This document shows, one piece after another, positions 29,393 to 39,333 of a DNA stretch of 64,000 nucleotides. The notes beneath the pieces were generated by a model. That model was not told the DNA's origin. It saw only the letters and a list, made by a program, of their open reading frames with translations, and ran no database searches. How positions within the stretch are numbered: the first letter of the stretch is position 1; each line of letters opens with the position of its first letter. The translations under genes and the position numbers were made by a program. Source of the stretch: Terrimicrobiaceae bacterium (GTDB lineage Bacteria > Verrucomicrobiota > Verrucomicrobiia > Chthoniobacterales > Terrimicrobiaceae); the NCBI GenBank assembly GCA_044342325.1, contig JBIIPZ010000009.1, positions 1-64,000 of the forward strand, written 5' to 3'.

Positions 29393-30379
29393 ATGCTCAA
29401 GCGTCTATTTTTATCATTTCTTACTGGATACATATTAATGTATTATGGTGAGCTTATGTTTTGGGCAACGCCAGACCGTGAAGGTTTCAACTTCAGTTCG
29501 GGCATCGGAATGTGGCTTCTCTATTCCCTCATGTCTTATCCGTTCCTTTGCGTGGTGAGTTTCTTCAAAGCCGATACCCCATGGGCTGTTTTCTTGGCGG
29601 GAGCCTTCTATGGATGGTTTGAGGAAGGTCTTGTAGTTCAAACCATGTATGGAACTTCGGACGGGCCGTTCCCAATGTCCATCTCATTTACTGGTTTGGC
29701 TTGGCATGCAATGATCGGCGTTTGGATTGGATGGTATTTCCTGCGGAAAGTATTGACTGAAAATAATTATTTTAAGACAATCACCTTAGGATCATGCATC
29801 GGCCTTTTCTATGGCCTTTGGGCGGTATCTTGGTGGAATGAACCTCCCAGAGCGATGGAGGAATTAATCAGAACTGATAGGAAAGATATTCTGCTGATTC
29901 ATTTTACGCTATTTGCATTTGGCGCCACTGCGATTCTGGCGCTAGTTCACTGGGTCTATGAGCGCGTTCGCCTTCCAGAGTTCAAACCCTCGAAACTCGA
30001 ACTTGGAGTGTTGATCGCTTTGGTGATTCCTTACTACATTTTCGTCACAGTGCCAACTGCACCGAAAGCTCTTTGGGTGTTTCCAATACTGATGGGAATC
30101 ACACTATTTTCCCTCAATCAGAATAGAAAAAAAGAGCGCCGCCCTTGCTTGATCACCGCATTTCCCAAATCCCCCGACCTTCTAAATTGTTTTTTACTCT
30201 TCAGCATCCCTTTTGTCGCAAGCGCAGTCTATTTTTTAAATCTGGCAAATGAATTGCGACTTCCCACCAATTATATTTTCTACTTTGTCGCCAGTCCACT
30301 TGCCGCTTTGCTCTGGGGGATCTGCGTTGTAGTGGCGTTTCGAAAAAATCCAATGGCGCAGCAATCCCAAAGCAGTTGA
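29393..30379 (+). CDS. Hypothetical polytopic membrane protein (AT-rich relative to flanks)
   Basis: 328 aa with about 9-10 hydrophobic segments; polar motifs YGWFEEG and LAWHA. Confidence 0.8.
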   Translation: MLKRLFLSFLTGYILMYYGELMFWATPDREGFNFSSGIGMWLLYSLMSYPFLCVVSFFKADTPWAVFLAGAFYGWFEEGLVVQTMYGTSDGPFPMSISFTGLAWHAMIGVWIGWYFLRKVLTENNYFKTITLGSCIGLFYGLWAVSWWNEPPRAMEELIRTDRKDILLIHFTLFAFGATAILALVHWVYERVRLPEFKPSKLELGVLIALVIPYYIFVTVPTAPKALWVFPILMGITLFSLNQNRKKERRPCLITAFPKSPDLLNCFLLFSIPFVASAVYFLNLANELRLPTNYIFYFVASPLAALLWGICVVVAFRKNPMAQQSQSS

Positions 30380-30541
30380 CAGAAAAATCACGCAGTTGGA
30401 ATCTCGCTATAGATCCGCATCATTATAAAGGAAAAGAACTGGTGGAATTTGAACCTGTTGCCTAACGCCTGAACCTAAATAAGGCATCGATCCGAGAAGT
30501 GCAGGAATTGCCTGTCGTTTTCACGGCGCACCTTCTCAAGT

Positions 30542-30841
30542 TTGTTTTTCAGCCGGCCAGAAATCCAACCACCACTCTTCTGCGCTCACACCCGCCAGTT
30601 TGTCTCCGAAAAGAAATACGACGAAGCCATCGCCACATTCCAAGAAATCCTCCGCCACTACCCAGAGGAAAACAAAGCCAAACATCAGATCATCCGCATC
30701 ACCAACCTCACAGGTCGAACCGAGATCGCCGAAAATTTTTCCAGAATTCTGTGGCGATTCTTACGATCAATCCAATCGTTTCGAAGTAGCTCCCTTGGCT
30801 ACTCCGTGCAACAGCCCGCAAGCTATATTTCACCTTTATAA
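30542..30841 (+). other. Possible TPR-like gene fragment
   Basis: KKYDEAIATFQEILRHYPEENKAK resembles one TPR repeat; no convincing start codon. Confidence 0.3.
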
Positions 30842-30842
30842 A

Positions 30843-32552
30843 TCATTTTTGTGGCGGGCGGGGGAGGAGAGAAAGACGGGCGTTGGCCCAGATGAAGCGG
30901 CCATCGAGGGGGCCGCGTCCGAGGCCTTCGACTCGCAGCAGAAGATTTTTAACGCCGGTGATATCGAGCTCCAGATTCAGGGTTTCGTTTTTTTGGTCGA
31001 GGATGCCCGACTCGAAAAGAATACGGCTGTCGCCTTCAATAACACATCGGCACTGGCCCGGAAGGCCGGTGAACACGCCCACCTCGCAGGAAAAGTGGCG
31101 GTAGACGCCGCCGAGGTCGAATTCCAACTCGGCCGGGGCGTGGACGAAGAGTCCCTTCGCACAGGAACGGTCTCCGATCGACAATGCTCCACCATCCCAT
31201 GACTCGTCGCGGAGGATGCGGCAAAACGCCGACCAACTTCTTGTCCACGGAACATCGCTCAGGAAAACCTCCCTGGCTTTTCCCCGGACGAAACTCGAAG
31301 TGCGCGCCTCCTTGGCGAATCCACGGACGAGGTTCCATGCTTTGACGGAAAAGGTGCAATCCACTCCGGGGAGACCGAGTGGCATCTCGATTTTCGTGGC
31401 GGTGGTGAAATCCACCTCCGTGCCATTTCTGGAAATGGAATATCCATCGGCCCCCGAGTCGGGATTCCACGAGAGGCGCACCGAGTCGGGCTGCATTTGC
31501 GCGCCGCGGGAATCCCAGGGTTGCGCCGTAAGCCTCTCCACGGCGGACGGCGCGGGCTTGGGCTCGAAGATTTCGAAATCCCACTCGGGCAGAAATCGCA
31601 GCTGAGGGTTCTCTCCTGCCTCCATGCGGAATGGAAGCCAGACGGGAGCGCTGGATTCCAAATCGCGCTGGTTCCAGCGGTCGCCGATGTAGACGAACGC
31701 ATCCGGGCCGAAATTTTCCATCGGCAGCACCCAGGCGGGTTGCGACGCATAGCCGATCTCAGTTTGTGGGCCAATGCAGGGGTCGCCGAGGAGTTCCCAA
31801 GGGCCGAGAGGCGTAGGCGCGCGCACCGTGAGCAGGAAGTTCGGTTCCCAACCGGTGCAGCCGGAGGTGAACATGTAGACATGCTCGCGCCAGCGGAAGA
31901 GGGCGGGCGCTTCGCGGACCAGGCCTTCGAGAGCCCTTGCCCATGTGACATCGCGAACCGCTGGCCGGCGGATGTCGGTGAACTCGTCGTTCAGCTCGCA
32001 GATATGGAGAGTCGCGAGGCCTTCCGAGCAGTAGATGAAGTAGGCCTTGCCATCGCGATCGACAAAGAGGTTGGTATCCAAAACCGCGCTCGCCTCGCCG
32101 GCACGGCGGGCATCTTCAGGGTGCATATCCTCCTCCACCGGCAAGGGGCGGAATACCTTTTCCAACTGGAATGGTCCCTCGGGCGAGTCGGCCACCGCCA
32201 CACCGGCCATCGAGAAATCGTAGGCGCGTCGATCGAGGTGGAGCCACATCACGAATTTCTTCGTGAGCGGATTGAAGATCACCTTTGCCCGCTCGCCGAT
32301 GCGGTCGGTGTGAAGCGGGCTTTCGGGATTCGCCGTGTCGGGAGCCAAGGCTGTTCCGAGGCGTTTCCACGAAACCAGGTCGGTCGATCGATAGACCGAG
32401 ATGCCGGTGAACTAGGGATCCGCCGGCGAGTGGCGGCCTCCCATGTCCTGTCCATACCAATACCAGTGGTCGCCATGTCGCAGGATCGAGGCGGCATGGG
32501 CTTGGATGGGATTTCCATCGACATCGAGGAACGGGCGGCCCGGTCGAAACAT
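30843..32552 (-). pseudogene. GH43 (GH43_24/37-like) glycosidase plus FN3-like and NPCBM/NEW2 domains, with in-frame TAG at codon 47
   Basis: ATG 32552: MFRPGRPFLDVDGNPIQAHAASIL..WYWYG..ADP*FTGISVYRSTDLVSW, in frame with track ORF 30843..32348 (ERAKVIFN, REAPALF, SGCTGWEPN, SQP, GDRW; C-terminal FLSD..KGLFVHAP..WANARL). TAG at 32412-32414. Confidence 0.85.
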
Positions 32553-32558
32553 GATCGC

Positions 32559-35500
32559 TTACTTTGGAGAGTCCGCCGTGGCCACGCGGAGTTTAGCTAG
32601 ACAATAGCGGTGATCCGCGCTGTTCATCGCTAACTCTGCCTTCAGGTAAAAGGATTTCAATCCTTTCACCTGCGGCGTGAGGTCGAGGAACTGGTAGGGC
32701 AGCGCATTCAGGTTTTGCGGAATGCTGTTCTGCCAGGTCTTGTCGAATTGGCCGACACGCGTCCATTTCTTGCCATCCGGGCTCGTGTAGAAGGTCACCC
32801 GACTCGAAGCGTCGAAGGCGCGCGCGGCGAACTCCACCGCCGTTGTGCCGAGCGGCTTGTCGTTGGTGATGTGATAAACCACGTTCCCGGGCTCGAATGC
32901 CTTTACTGGGCGCATCATTGGGATTTCGATTTTGTAGAGGTAGTTCGGCTCCGGGCGGTGGGGCTTCACATCGACGCCAGTCACGCTGTGCGTGGCGTTC
33001 TTCCACTCGGGGTCCTTGGTGTAATCGACATCGAGAAGCACCTTGCGGGGCTGCTTCACTGTGATGATGCGTGGCAGACCCTTTTTCTCGGCATAGGGCG
33101 AGTAGAAGATTTCGAACTCATCGCCGGGCTTGAAGGCGCTGGCGAGGCTCTGGAGTTCGTTGGAAATGATGCCTCCCTGCAGGGCCACGGTTTCGAAGTT
33201 TCCAGCAGCGCTGCCTTTTTCGAAGACCAGTTCGTATTTCTTGCCGTTCACCAACTCGATCGCGCCGTTCGAGGCTCCACCGATCACGACAGGTGGGTGG
33301 AACTTTTTGAGCCGTCCCTTGTCGTAGCCATAGCGGGAATGAATCGCTGTGACTTCGCCCTGGTCGTTGATATCGAGCGTGACTTCATCGTGCGGCTTCG
33401 GGGATTTCGCCGCAGCGAGCTCGGTATTTTCCATGCCATCGGCTTCGCGAGTTTGGGGAGCACCCTTCACGACAGGCAGGGTCATGCTGCTGCCGTAATC
33501 CATGAGTTCGAGGTCTTGGAGATCGACCGTGACGGTGTTCCCGCGTTGCGAGAGGAAACGGGCCACCAGTTTCGTGGGCAGTTTGGATTTGGCAGGCTGG
33601 GGATTGATGTGATCGAGGGATACTCTGACATGTCCGTCCTTCACGGTCACACGGTTTTCGGCATCCTGACCCTCCGCCAAACTGTAGGCTCCAGGCGCTG
33701 GAGATTCGAGACGCCAAGATTTTTTCGGATCGAGGGTGTCGAAGACTAGATCGACCTTGGCGGAATCGCTGTTGGAGCGCAGAGAAAATGCCGCGCCGTC
33801 GGGAGAGATTCTATCAAGAGTTACAAAAACCGATTCGTCCTCGCTGGGGAGACGCACCTCGACAGGATACCTGCCGAGTTTTCCATGTCCGCGAACCAAG
33901 TAGCGGGCAGGTAGAACCTCCGAAATGGCGGGGCCGAGGAGTCGGCGTGCGCTGGCGTAGCGACCTTCGTCGTAGCGTGCCTTCGCTTCTTTCCAAGTCG
34001 AATCCTCGCCACCGGCTTCGCGGTAGTAGCGGAGGAGTCGCTCGCAGACGCTGCGTTCCTGCAGCCAAAGCTGAAGGGTGCGGGCGTCTTTGCGAGTGAG
34101 GTTGGTTTTGCCAAGATAGCCGCTCTGCTTCGGCCAGCGGGTTTTCACATTCTGGGAAATCAGGAACGCGGCGTCCTCTGCTCCCTCGGCATGGAAGACG
34201 AATTTCAGATAGGCCTCGTTTTTGCCGATCATGGCGTCGCCGAGTTCCATGGAATACTGACTGGTCATTTGGGGCGTCCAGTGGTCGGGATCGGGGAGTT
34301 CCTTCTCGGTCAGCGAAGTGACCAACTTCATATTTTTAGGCGAATCACCGAGGAAGACCTCGATTTTGTTGGTGTCACCGGGCGAGACGCGGCCATCGAG
34401 ATCCAGCGTGAGACCGCTCGGGAAAGGATTCCCCGCGCTGGTGAGGCGGTAAAGGGCTTCGCTGTGGAAAGGGGTTTTGCCTTTGGGTTTCGGTGTTTCG
34501 ATTTTCTCCATCGTCACGACCGGCTGGGCATGGGACGGAGGAGACGCGGGATCGTTCTCGATGCCATCCACGCTACGCACAAACTTCTCGTCGCCATCAT
34601 CGGCATTGAAAAGGCAGAGGAAATGGGATCCTCGCTCATAGTAGAGGCGCAGCACCTCAAAGTTCTCTTTGAGCATGGTGCGCTCGAGATTGATGGCCGC
34701 GAATTTGCCGTTGGCGGGCAGGTAATCATACATCGCAACATCGCGGAACTTGGTATTGGCCCCGATGTCCTGGTGTCCACTCGTGGCACCGATCTCGCCG
34801 CTGCTCCAAAGACCATCCACCATGCCGTGCTGACCGCCGCCGTAGCGTTCGTTGCCAGCGGGATCGTCGGTCATGAAGTTCGGATGAGCGTAGAAATTAT
34901 CGAAGCTCTGTTCGTCGGGAAGCACCAGCTTGCCGCGATCGACCACGGCGATGTCGCGTCCCATGGCTTTGCGGAGGCTGCCTGCATATTCCTGCCAGGT
35001 GCGAAGCGTGTCGGCATGCATCCACATGCGCTCCTCGAAACTCATGCCATCGGTGGGATCGAGTTTCACGCCGTCCTTCGCGGCGGCTTGGACAATTTCG
35101 TCGGTGATCTCACCGCTTGCGGGAGCGAATTCGCGGATGAGGATCGGCTGAGAGGGCGTTCCCGCCAGGCGAAGCCGCGCCAGTTCCTCCGGAGCGCCAG
35201 CCATCATTTGTTGGAAGCGCTTTTCGAGAAACGCATTCATGTTCGGGTCGCGCAGTGTGTAGGCGGGGGTGTTCCCCCAAATGTTCGGGAATGAGGCCTG
35301 CCACGCGCCTTTCTCGCGATTGAACTGGGTTTTCTGATAGCGGATGTCGCTGAAGTAGCCGCCGAGGCCATCAGGACCTGTGGGGCCCGAAAACCACCCA
35401 AGGCCATTGAGCATCATCTCGCCCGGCATGCCGGTGAAGCCCGAGAGGCGAAATCCTTGGAGAAGCGATTTGTTGCCCTCCTTCGGATCGCGTCCACCGT

Positions 35501-36179
35501 AAGATCCGCCGAAGGCAAGAGTGCCGACGGGCGAGTAATCCTTCAGGCCGGAGAACCGTTTTTTTTGCTCCTCGAACAAGGCTGCCCACTCCTCATCGGT
35601 TTTTGGTTTTGCCGGCTTGCCATCGATTTTGATGGCGCCAGGTGGCAGCAGGAGGCCCATGGGCTTGAAGACCTGCTCGGCTTTTGCCGTGCTTTCGAAA
35701 AAGTCTTCCCACACCCAGAGCTTGGCGACGCTGAAAGCCCCCCCACCTTCATGGCGAAGCGTGACCTTGAGCGACGACCCGCTTTTCAGCAGATCCTCTG
35801 GCACCTCGACAAAGAAGTGATTCGGGCCTGCGCCGAGTTCCTGGTAAGTGCGGAAGTAAACCTCCCGGCCATTGATCAAAACCGTGTATCCGTAAGCAGC
35901 CGGACGGCGATTGTGAATTTCTTGAAACTCCAGAATCAGCGATTTCGCTCCAGCATCGAACGGAACCTCGAACGAGAGTTCATCTCCCTTGTGCGGAACG
36001 GTGCGCACCGAGTGGGAGGCTTTGAGGGTTCCCATTTCGGTGTCGAGATTCTCGACGACGATCGCTCCTTTGGCTTGAACCTGCAGTGATGGATCGCCGA
36101 TAGGGACGGCTTGCACAGCGGCAAAGGCGGAGGGCGTGAGGGCGCAAGCAAGCGCCGCAAGAAGGCGGAGTGGTTTCAT
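32559..36179 (-). CDS. Large secreted multidomain protein of unassigned family, paralog A2
   Basis: Signal peptide MKPLRLLAALACALTPSAFA (ATG 36179); EIHNRRP, YFRTYQELGAGPNHFFV, GPDGLGGYFSD, LIREFAP, WSSGE, NLER, HRPEPNYL. Confidence 0.85.
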   Translation of the reverse strand: MKPLRLLAALACALTPSAFAAVQAVPIGDPSLQVQAKGAIVVENLDTEMGTLKASHSVRTVPHKGDELSFEVPFDAGAKSLILEFQEIHNRRPAAYGYTVLINGREVYFRTYQELGAGPNHFFVEVPEDLLKSGSSLKVTLRHEGGGAFSVAKLWVWEDFFESTAKAEQVFKPMGLLLPPGAIKIDGKPAKPKTDEEWAALFEEQKKRFSGLKDYSPVGTLAFGGSYGGRDPKEGNKSLLQGFRLSGFTGMPGEMMLNGLGWFSGPTGPDGLGGYFSDIRYQKTQFNREKGAWQASFPNIWGNTPAYTLRDPNMNAFLEKRFQQMMAGAPEELARLRLAGTPSQPILIREFAPASGEITDEIVQAAAKDGVKLDPTDGMSFEERMWMHADTLRTWQEYAGSLRKAMGRDIAVVDRGKLVLPDEQSFDNFYAHPNFMTDDPAGNERYGGGQHGMVDGLWSSGEIGATSGHQDIGANTKFRDVAMYDYLPANGKFAAINLERTMLKENFEVLRLYYERGSHFLCLFNADDGDEKFVRSVDGIENDPASPPSHAQPVVTMEKIETPKPKGKTPFHSEALYRLTSAGNPFPSGLTLDLDGRVSPGDTNKIEVFLGDSPKNMKLVTSLTEKELPDPDHWTPQMTSQYSMELGDAMIGKNEAYLKFVFHAEGAEDAAFLISQNVKTRWPKQSGYLGKTNLTRKDARTLQLWLQERSVCERLLRYYREAGGEDSTWKEAKARYDEGRYASARRLLGPAISEVLPARYLVRGHGKLGRYPVEVRLPSEDESVFVTLDRISPDGAAFSLRSNSDSAKVDLVFDTLDPKKSWRLESPAPGAYSLAEGQDAENRVTVKDGHVRVSLDHINPQPAKSKLPTKLVARFLSQRGNTVTVDLQDLELMDYGSSMTLPVVKGAPQTREADGMENTELAAAKSPKPHDEVTLDINDQGEVTAIHSRYGYDKGRLKKFHPPVVIGGASNGAIELVNGKKYELVFEKGSAAGNFETVALQGGIISNELQSLASAFKPGDEFEIFYSPYAEKKGLPRIITVKQPRKVLLDVDYTKDPEWKNATHSVTGVDVKPHRPEPNYLYKIEIPMMRPVKAFEPGNVVYHITNDKPLGTTAVEFAARAFDASSRVTFYTSPDGKKWTRVGQFDKTWQNSIPQNLNALPYQFLDLTPQVKGLKSFYLKAELAMNSADHRYCLAKLRVATADSPK

Positions 36180-36186
36180 CGAAAGA

Positions 36187-37689
36187 TCAGCGGGATTTAT
36201 TTTGGCGGGAGATCTCCGCGAATCGCGCCGCCATCTGGCGGGCAACCTCCGGATATTTGTTGGCGACATTCCGCTCTTGTCGCGGGTCGTCCTTCAGGTT
36301 GTAGAGCTGTTCAGCTTGGGCCGTTTCCAGCAACTTGCCTTGGGCGTCGTGATCGGAGTTCGAGTAGCCGAATTTTTCGAAATAGAAGGTGCCGAACAGT
36401 CCGCCGGAGCCGTTGTAGGGCATATAAACCCAGTCGCCGCTCCGCAGCGCGCGGCCACGGCCTGAGTAAACCATCTCGGTGCGGATCGCAGGAGTGTCCA
36501 CCGGATGCTCAAGCAAGGGCAGTATGTTCAATCCATCCGGCGCGGCGTTTTTCGGCAAAAGAATTCCCGAGGCGGCGGCGAATGTCGGGAAGAGATCCGT
36601 TAACGAGAGCAACTTGTCGCAGGTGGTGTCAGCGGGAATTTTTCCAAGCCAGCGGGCGATGAAGGGAACACGGTGCCCGCCTTCCCATGTGTCGGTTTTC
36701 AGGCCGAGCCACTCGCCGCTGCTGTTGTGTCCGAGCGCCATGGTTTCGACAATGTGGCAGCCACCATTGTCGCTGGTGAACACGACCAGTGTATTTTCAT
36801 CGAAGCCGTGTTTTTTCAGCGACTCCATGACCATTCCGACGGCGTGGTCGAGTTGCTGGACATAATCCCCGAGGGCCTCGGCCTGGCTGCTGCCTTGAAA
36901 TTCCTTCGCGGGAAGGATCGGCACATGCGGGGCGTAGAACGGCAGGTAGATAAAGAAAGGTTTGTCCTGACTCTGCTTCGCAATGAAGTCCGACGCGCGC
37001 TCGGCGAGAGTGAGGTCGAGCCGGTCCATGTCGCAGGCTTCGTGGGCCGCCTTGGCTCCCGCACTTCCTCCAGAATTCATCGTGTGCTTCCAGTGGGCGG
37101 GCTGCTCCTTGTTCAGACGAAGCGGATCATTGGGATCGCCTTTGTAGATGCGTGTGTTTTCGATGAACACGAATGGAGGCTGCGAGTGGGAGTGAGGAAC
37201 TCCGAAGTAGGAGTCGAAGCCGGTGTTCAGCGGGCCGGGAGTGATTTCGCCATTCCAAAAGGCGTCATCATTCGGTTGCCCAGAGCCCCAGCCGAGGTGC
37301 CATTTTCCAAAGGCGGCTGTCTTGTAGCCGTTGTCCTTGAGGGTCTGCGGCAAGAGGATTTCATTTTCGGCGAAGTAAAGGGCTGGTTCGGTGCGTTTTG
37401 CACGCCAATGGTAGCGCCCGGCAAGAATGCCGTAGCGCGTGGGTTGGCAGACGGCGGCCGGAGCGTGGGCGTCGGTGAACTTCACGCCCTCGGCGGCGAG
37501 TTTGTCGATGTTCGGCGTCTTGAGCAGCTTCGCTCCGTAGCATCCAACATCCCCGTAGCCGAGGTCGTCTGCGAGCATGAGGACGATATTGGGTTTTTTG
37601 ACAGGCTGCTTGGGGCCTGCCGGTGCTGCTTTGGCGGCAATTGGAAGCGCGAGTGCAGTCGCGAGAAGGAGGTGGATTTTTTTTAACAT
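36187..37689 (-). CDS. S1 sulfatase, secreted, local subtype S-I
   Basis: HAPAAVCQPTRYGILAGRYHWRAKRT, TSDNGGCH, LGLKTDTWEGGHRVPFIARWLGKIP; close paralog of 22616..24103. Confidence 0.95.
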   Translation of the reverse strand: MLKKIHLLLATALALPIAAKAAPAGPKQPVKKPNIVLMLADDLGYGDVGCYGAKLLKTPNIDKLAAEGVKFTDAHAPAAVCQPTRYGILAGRYHWRAKRTEPALYFAENEILLPQTLKDNGYKTAAFGKWHLGWGSGQPNDDAFWNGEITPGPLNTGFDSYFGVPHSHSQPPFVFIENTRIYKGDPNDPLRLNKEQPAHWKHTMNSGGSAGAKAAHEACDMDRLDLTLAERASDFIAKQSQDKPFFIYLPFYAPHVPILPAKEFQGSSQAEALGDYVQQLDHAVGMVMESLKKHGFDENTLVVFTSDNGGCHIVETMALGHNSSGEWLGLKTDTWEGGHRVPFIARWLGKIPADTTCDKLLSLTDLFPTFAAASGILLPKNAAPDGLNILPLLEHPVDTPAIRTEMVYSGRGRALRSGDWVYMPYNGSGGLFGTFYFEKFGYSNSDHDAQGKLLETAQAEQLYNLKDDPRQERNVANKYPEVARQMAARFAEISRQNKSR

Positions 37690-37698
37690 ACAACGGAA

Positions 37699-39333
37699 TT
37701 AGGGTTGAGGCGAAGCGGGTTCAGAGCCTTTGTTTTGTTCAAGAGACAATGTGTCCGTGCGGAACGGCACTGCCGGAAAATCGGCCAAATTGTAAAGATC
37801 CGAGTCCTGAAACTGGATGTAGCCGAAACGCACATTTGTCGGTTGGGGAACCTGCGGACTCGAAACCAACACACTATCTTTGCTGTCGATCGCTGCATCG
37901 GCCCAGACGAATTTGTCGTCCGCTCCAGCGATAGCGAAACCGAGCACCTTGTCGCCCTTGGTTTTGAGGCCACCGTGGGTGTTTGTGAAAGTCACGCGGA
38001 TTTTGCCATCCTCGACCTTGTGCGAGTTGTAGGAGGGGCTATCGGCAATTATGTCTTTTTTGCCGTAGGTGTCACGCAGAGCAACCTTAGCAAGGCGCTC
38101 ACCGATGGGTCGCTTGTTTTTGGGATGAATATCCGCCTTCTCGCCGATGTCCCAAGAGACAATCATCTCCGAGTTCGGCGTTTCATTGGCCGTTTTCTCT
38201 TGAGCTTCACGAATGATCGACCAGCCACCAGGCTTGTTTGGGTCGCGTGGCGTGCGTCCATTGCCATCGTTCCAACTGAACATCGACAACTGAACGGTGT
38301 GAAACGGCAGGTCGGGTTGCTCGAACTGTTTCCGCCATGAGGCGATGATGTTTTTCATGAGCCTGTCGTAGGACTCGGTGGTGTAGGCATTGACGCCACG
38401 CTTACCGGCGTTGTTTTCGCCCTGATACCAGATTACACCCTTGATCGCGAGATCGCGCAGCGGGGCGATGCGGGCATTATAAAGAGCACCGACCCACCAA
38501 CGCACGGCCAGCTCGTCACGCAAATTGTGGGGTTGGCGTTCGGTAAAAGGTTTCCCTTCGGCTTCCGCATCCGCCTTGCGTTTCTTCCAGGCATCGACCT
38601 CCGCTTTGAATTTTTCCTGCTCGGCCGGAACATTGGCGATACGCTTCTTCGAGTTCTCTACGACATCCTTGAAATAGGGATCGGCCTCGAGATCTTTCAT
38701 GGAGATCCAGCACTCGGCATGCGAAGCACCAACGGGGGAAATGATCACGCCAATCGGGCGGCAGGTTTCCTTTTGGAGGTTGGAGCCAAACCAATATGGA
38801 ACGCCTGATACGCCAGGGTGGGCAGGAATCCACTCGAACCAATTGGTGATTTTTTTATCCCATCCAAACTGCTTGGTGTTCGGCTCCGGAGCCCACTCGT
38901 TGTAAGCCACGGGAAACACACGAAAAAGAGTGTTTGAAGGCTCGGATGCCAATTTGTCGCCTCCCTCCGATTTGTCGGCACTGGGTTGGGCCATATTTGA
39001 TTGGCCGGAGGCCAACCATACATCGCCAAGGAGCACATCCTTAAATTCTCTTCCACCCGAGGATGCAGAAACCTTCATCGTCTGCCCTTTCGGATTCGCA
39101 GGCAAAGCATCAAACACCACACGCCATTCACCATCGGAATCCGCCGTGGTTTTTTTCTCCTGGCCAGCAAAAGCGACGCCCACTTCCTCGCCGGGTTTGC
39201 CCTGACCCCAGATTGGAAGTGGTCGGTCGGCTTGGAGGATCATGTTGTTTCCGAAAATCCAGCACATCTCGACCGCATGGAGCGGCAGAGCGGCAAGGGT
39301 TGTTGCGAGCGCGAATAGGAGTGGTTTTTTCAT
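37699..39333 (-). CDS. Sialate O-acetylesterase (SASA)-family carbohydrate esterase, secreted
   Basis: GDVWLASGQSNM, GVIWYQGENN, DIHPKNKRPIGERLA, PFRTD. Signal peptide from ATG 39333, which overlaps the upstream stop (TAATG). Confidence 0.92.
   Translation of the reverse strand: MKKPLLFALATTLAALPLHAVEMCWIFGNNMILQADRPLPIWGQGKPGEEVGVAFAGQEKKTTADSDGEWRVVFDALPANPKGQTMKVSASSGGREFKDVLLGDVWLASGQSNMAQPSADKSEGGDKLASEPSNTLFRVFPVAYNEWAPEPNTKQFGWDKKITNWFEWIPAHPGVSGVPYWFGSNLQKETCRPIGVIISPVGASHAECWISMKDLEADPYFKDVVENSKKRIANVPAEQEKFKAEVDAWKKRKADAEAEGKPFTERQPHNLRDELAVRWWVGALYNARIAPLRDLAIKGVIWYQGENNAGKRGVNAYTTESYDRLMKNIIASWRKQFEQPDLPFHTVQLSMFSWNDGNGRTPRDPNKPGGWSIIREAQEKTANETPNSEMIVSWDIGEKADIHPKNKRPIGERLAKVALRDTYGKKDIIADSPSYNSHKVEDGKIRVTFTNTHGGLKTKGDKVLGFAIAGADDKFVWADAAIDSKDSVLVSSPQVPQPTNVRFGYIQFQDSDLYNLADFPAVPFRTDTLSLEQNKGSEPASPQP

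Noticed and set aside
7730..32414. Amber recoding suggested by three in-frame TAGs (rhaT, IS3, GH43)
   Set aside because: Two are in genes that are independently broken. TAG is the apparent normal stop at 15518 and 53608. No suppressor or pyl genes were seen.
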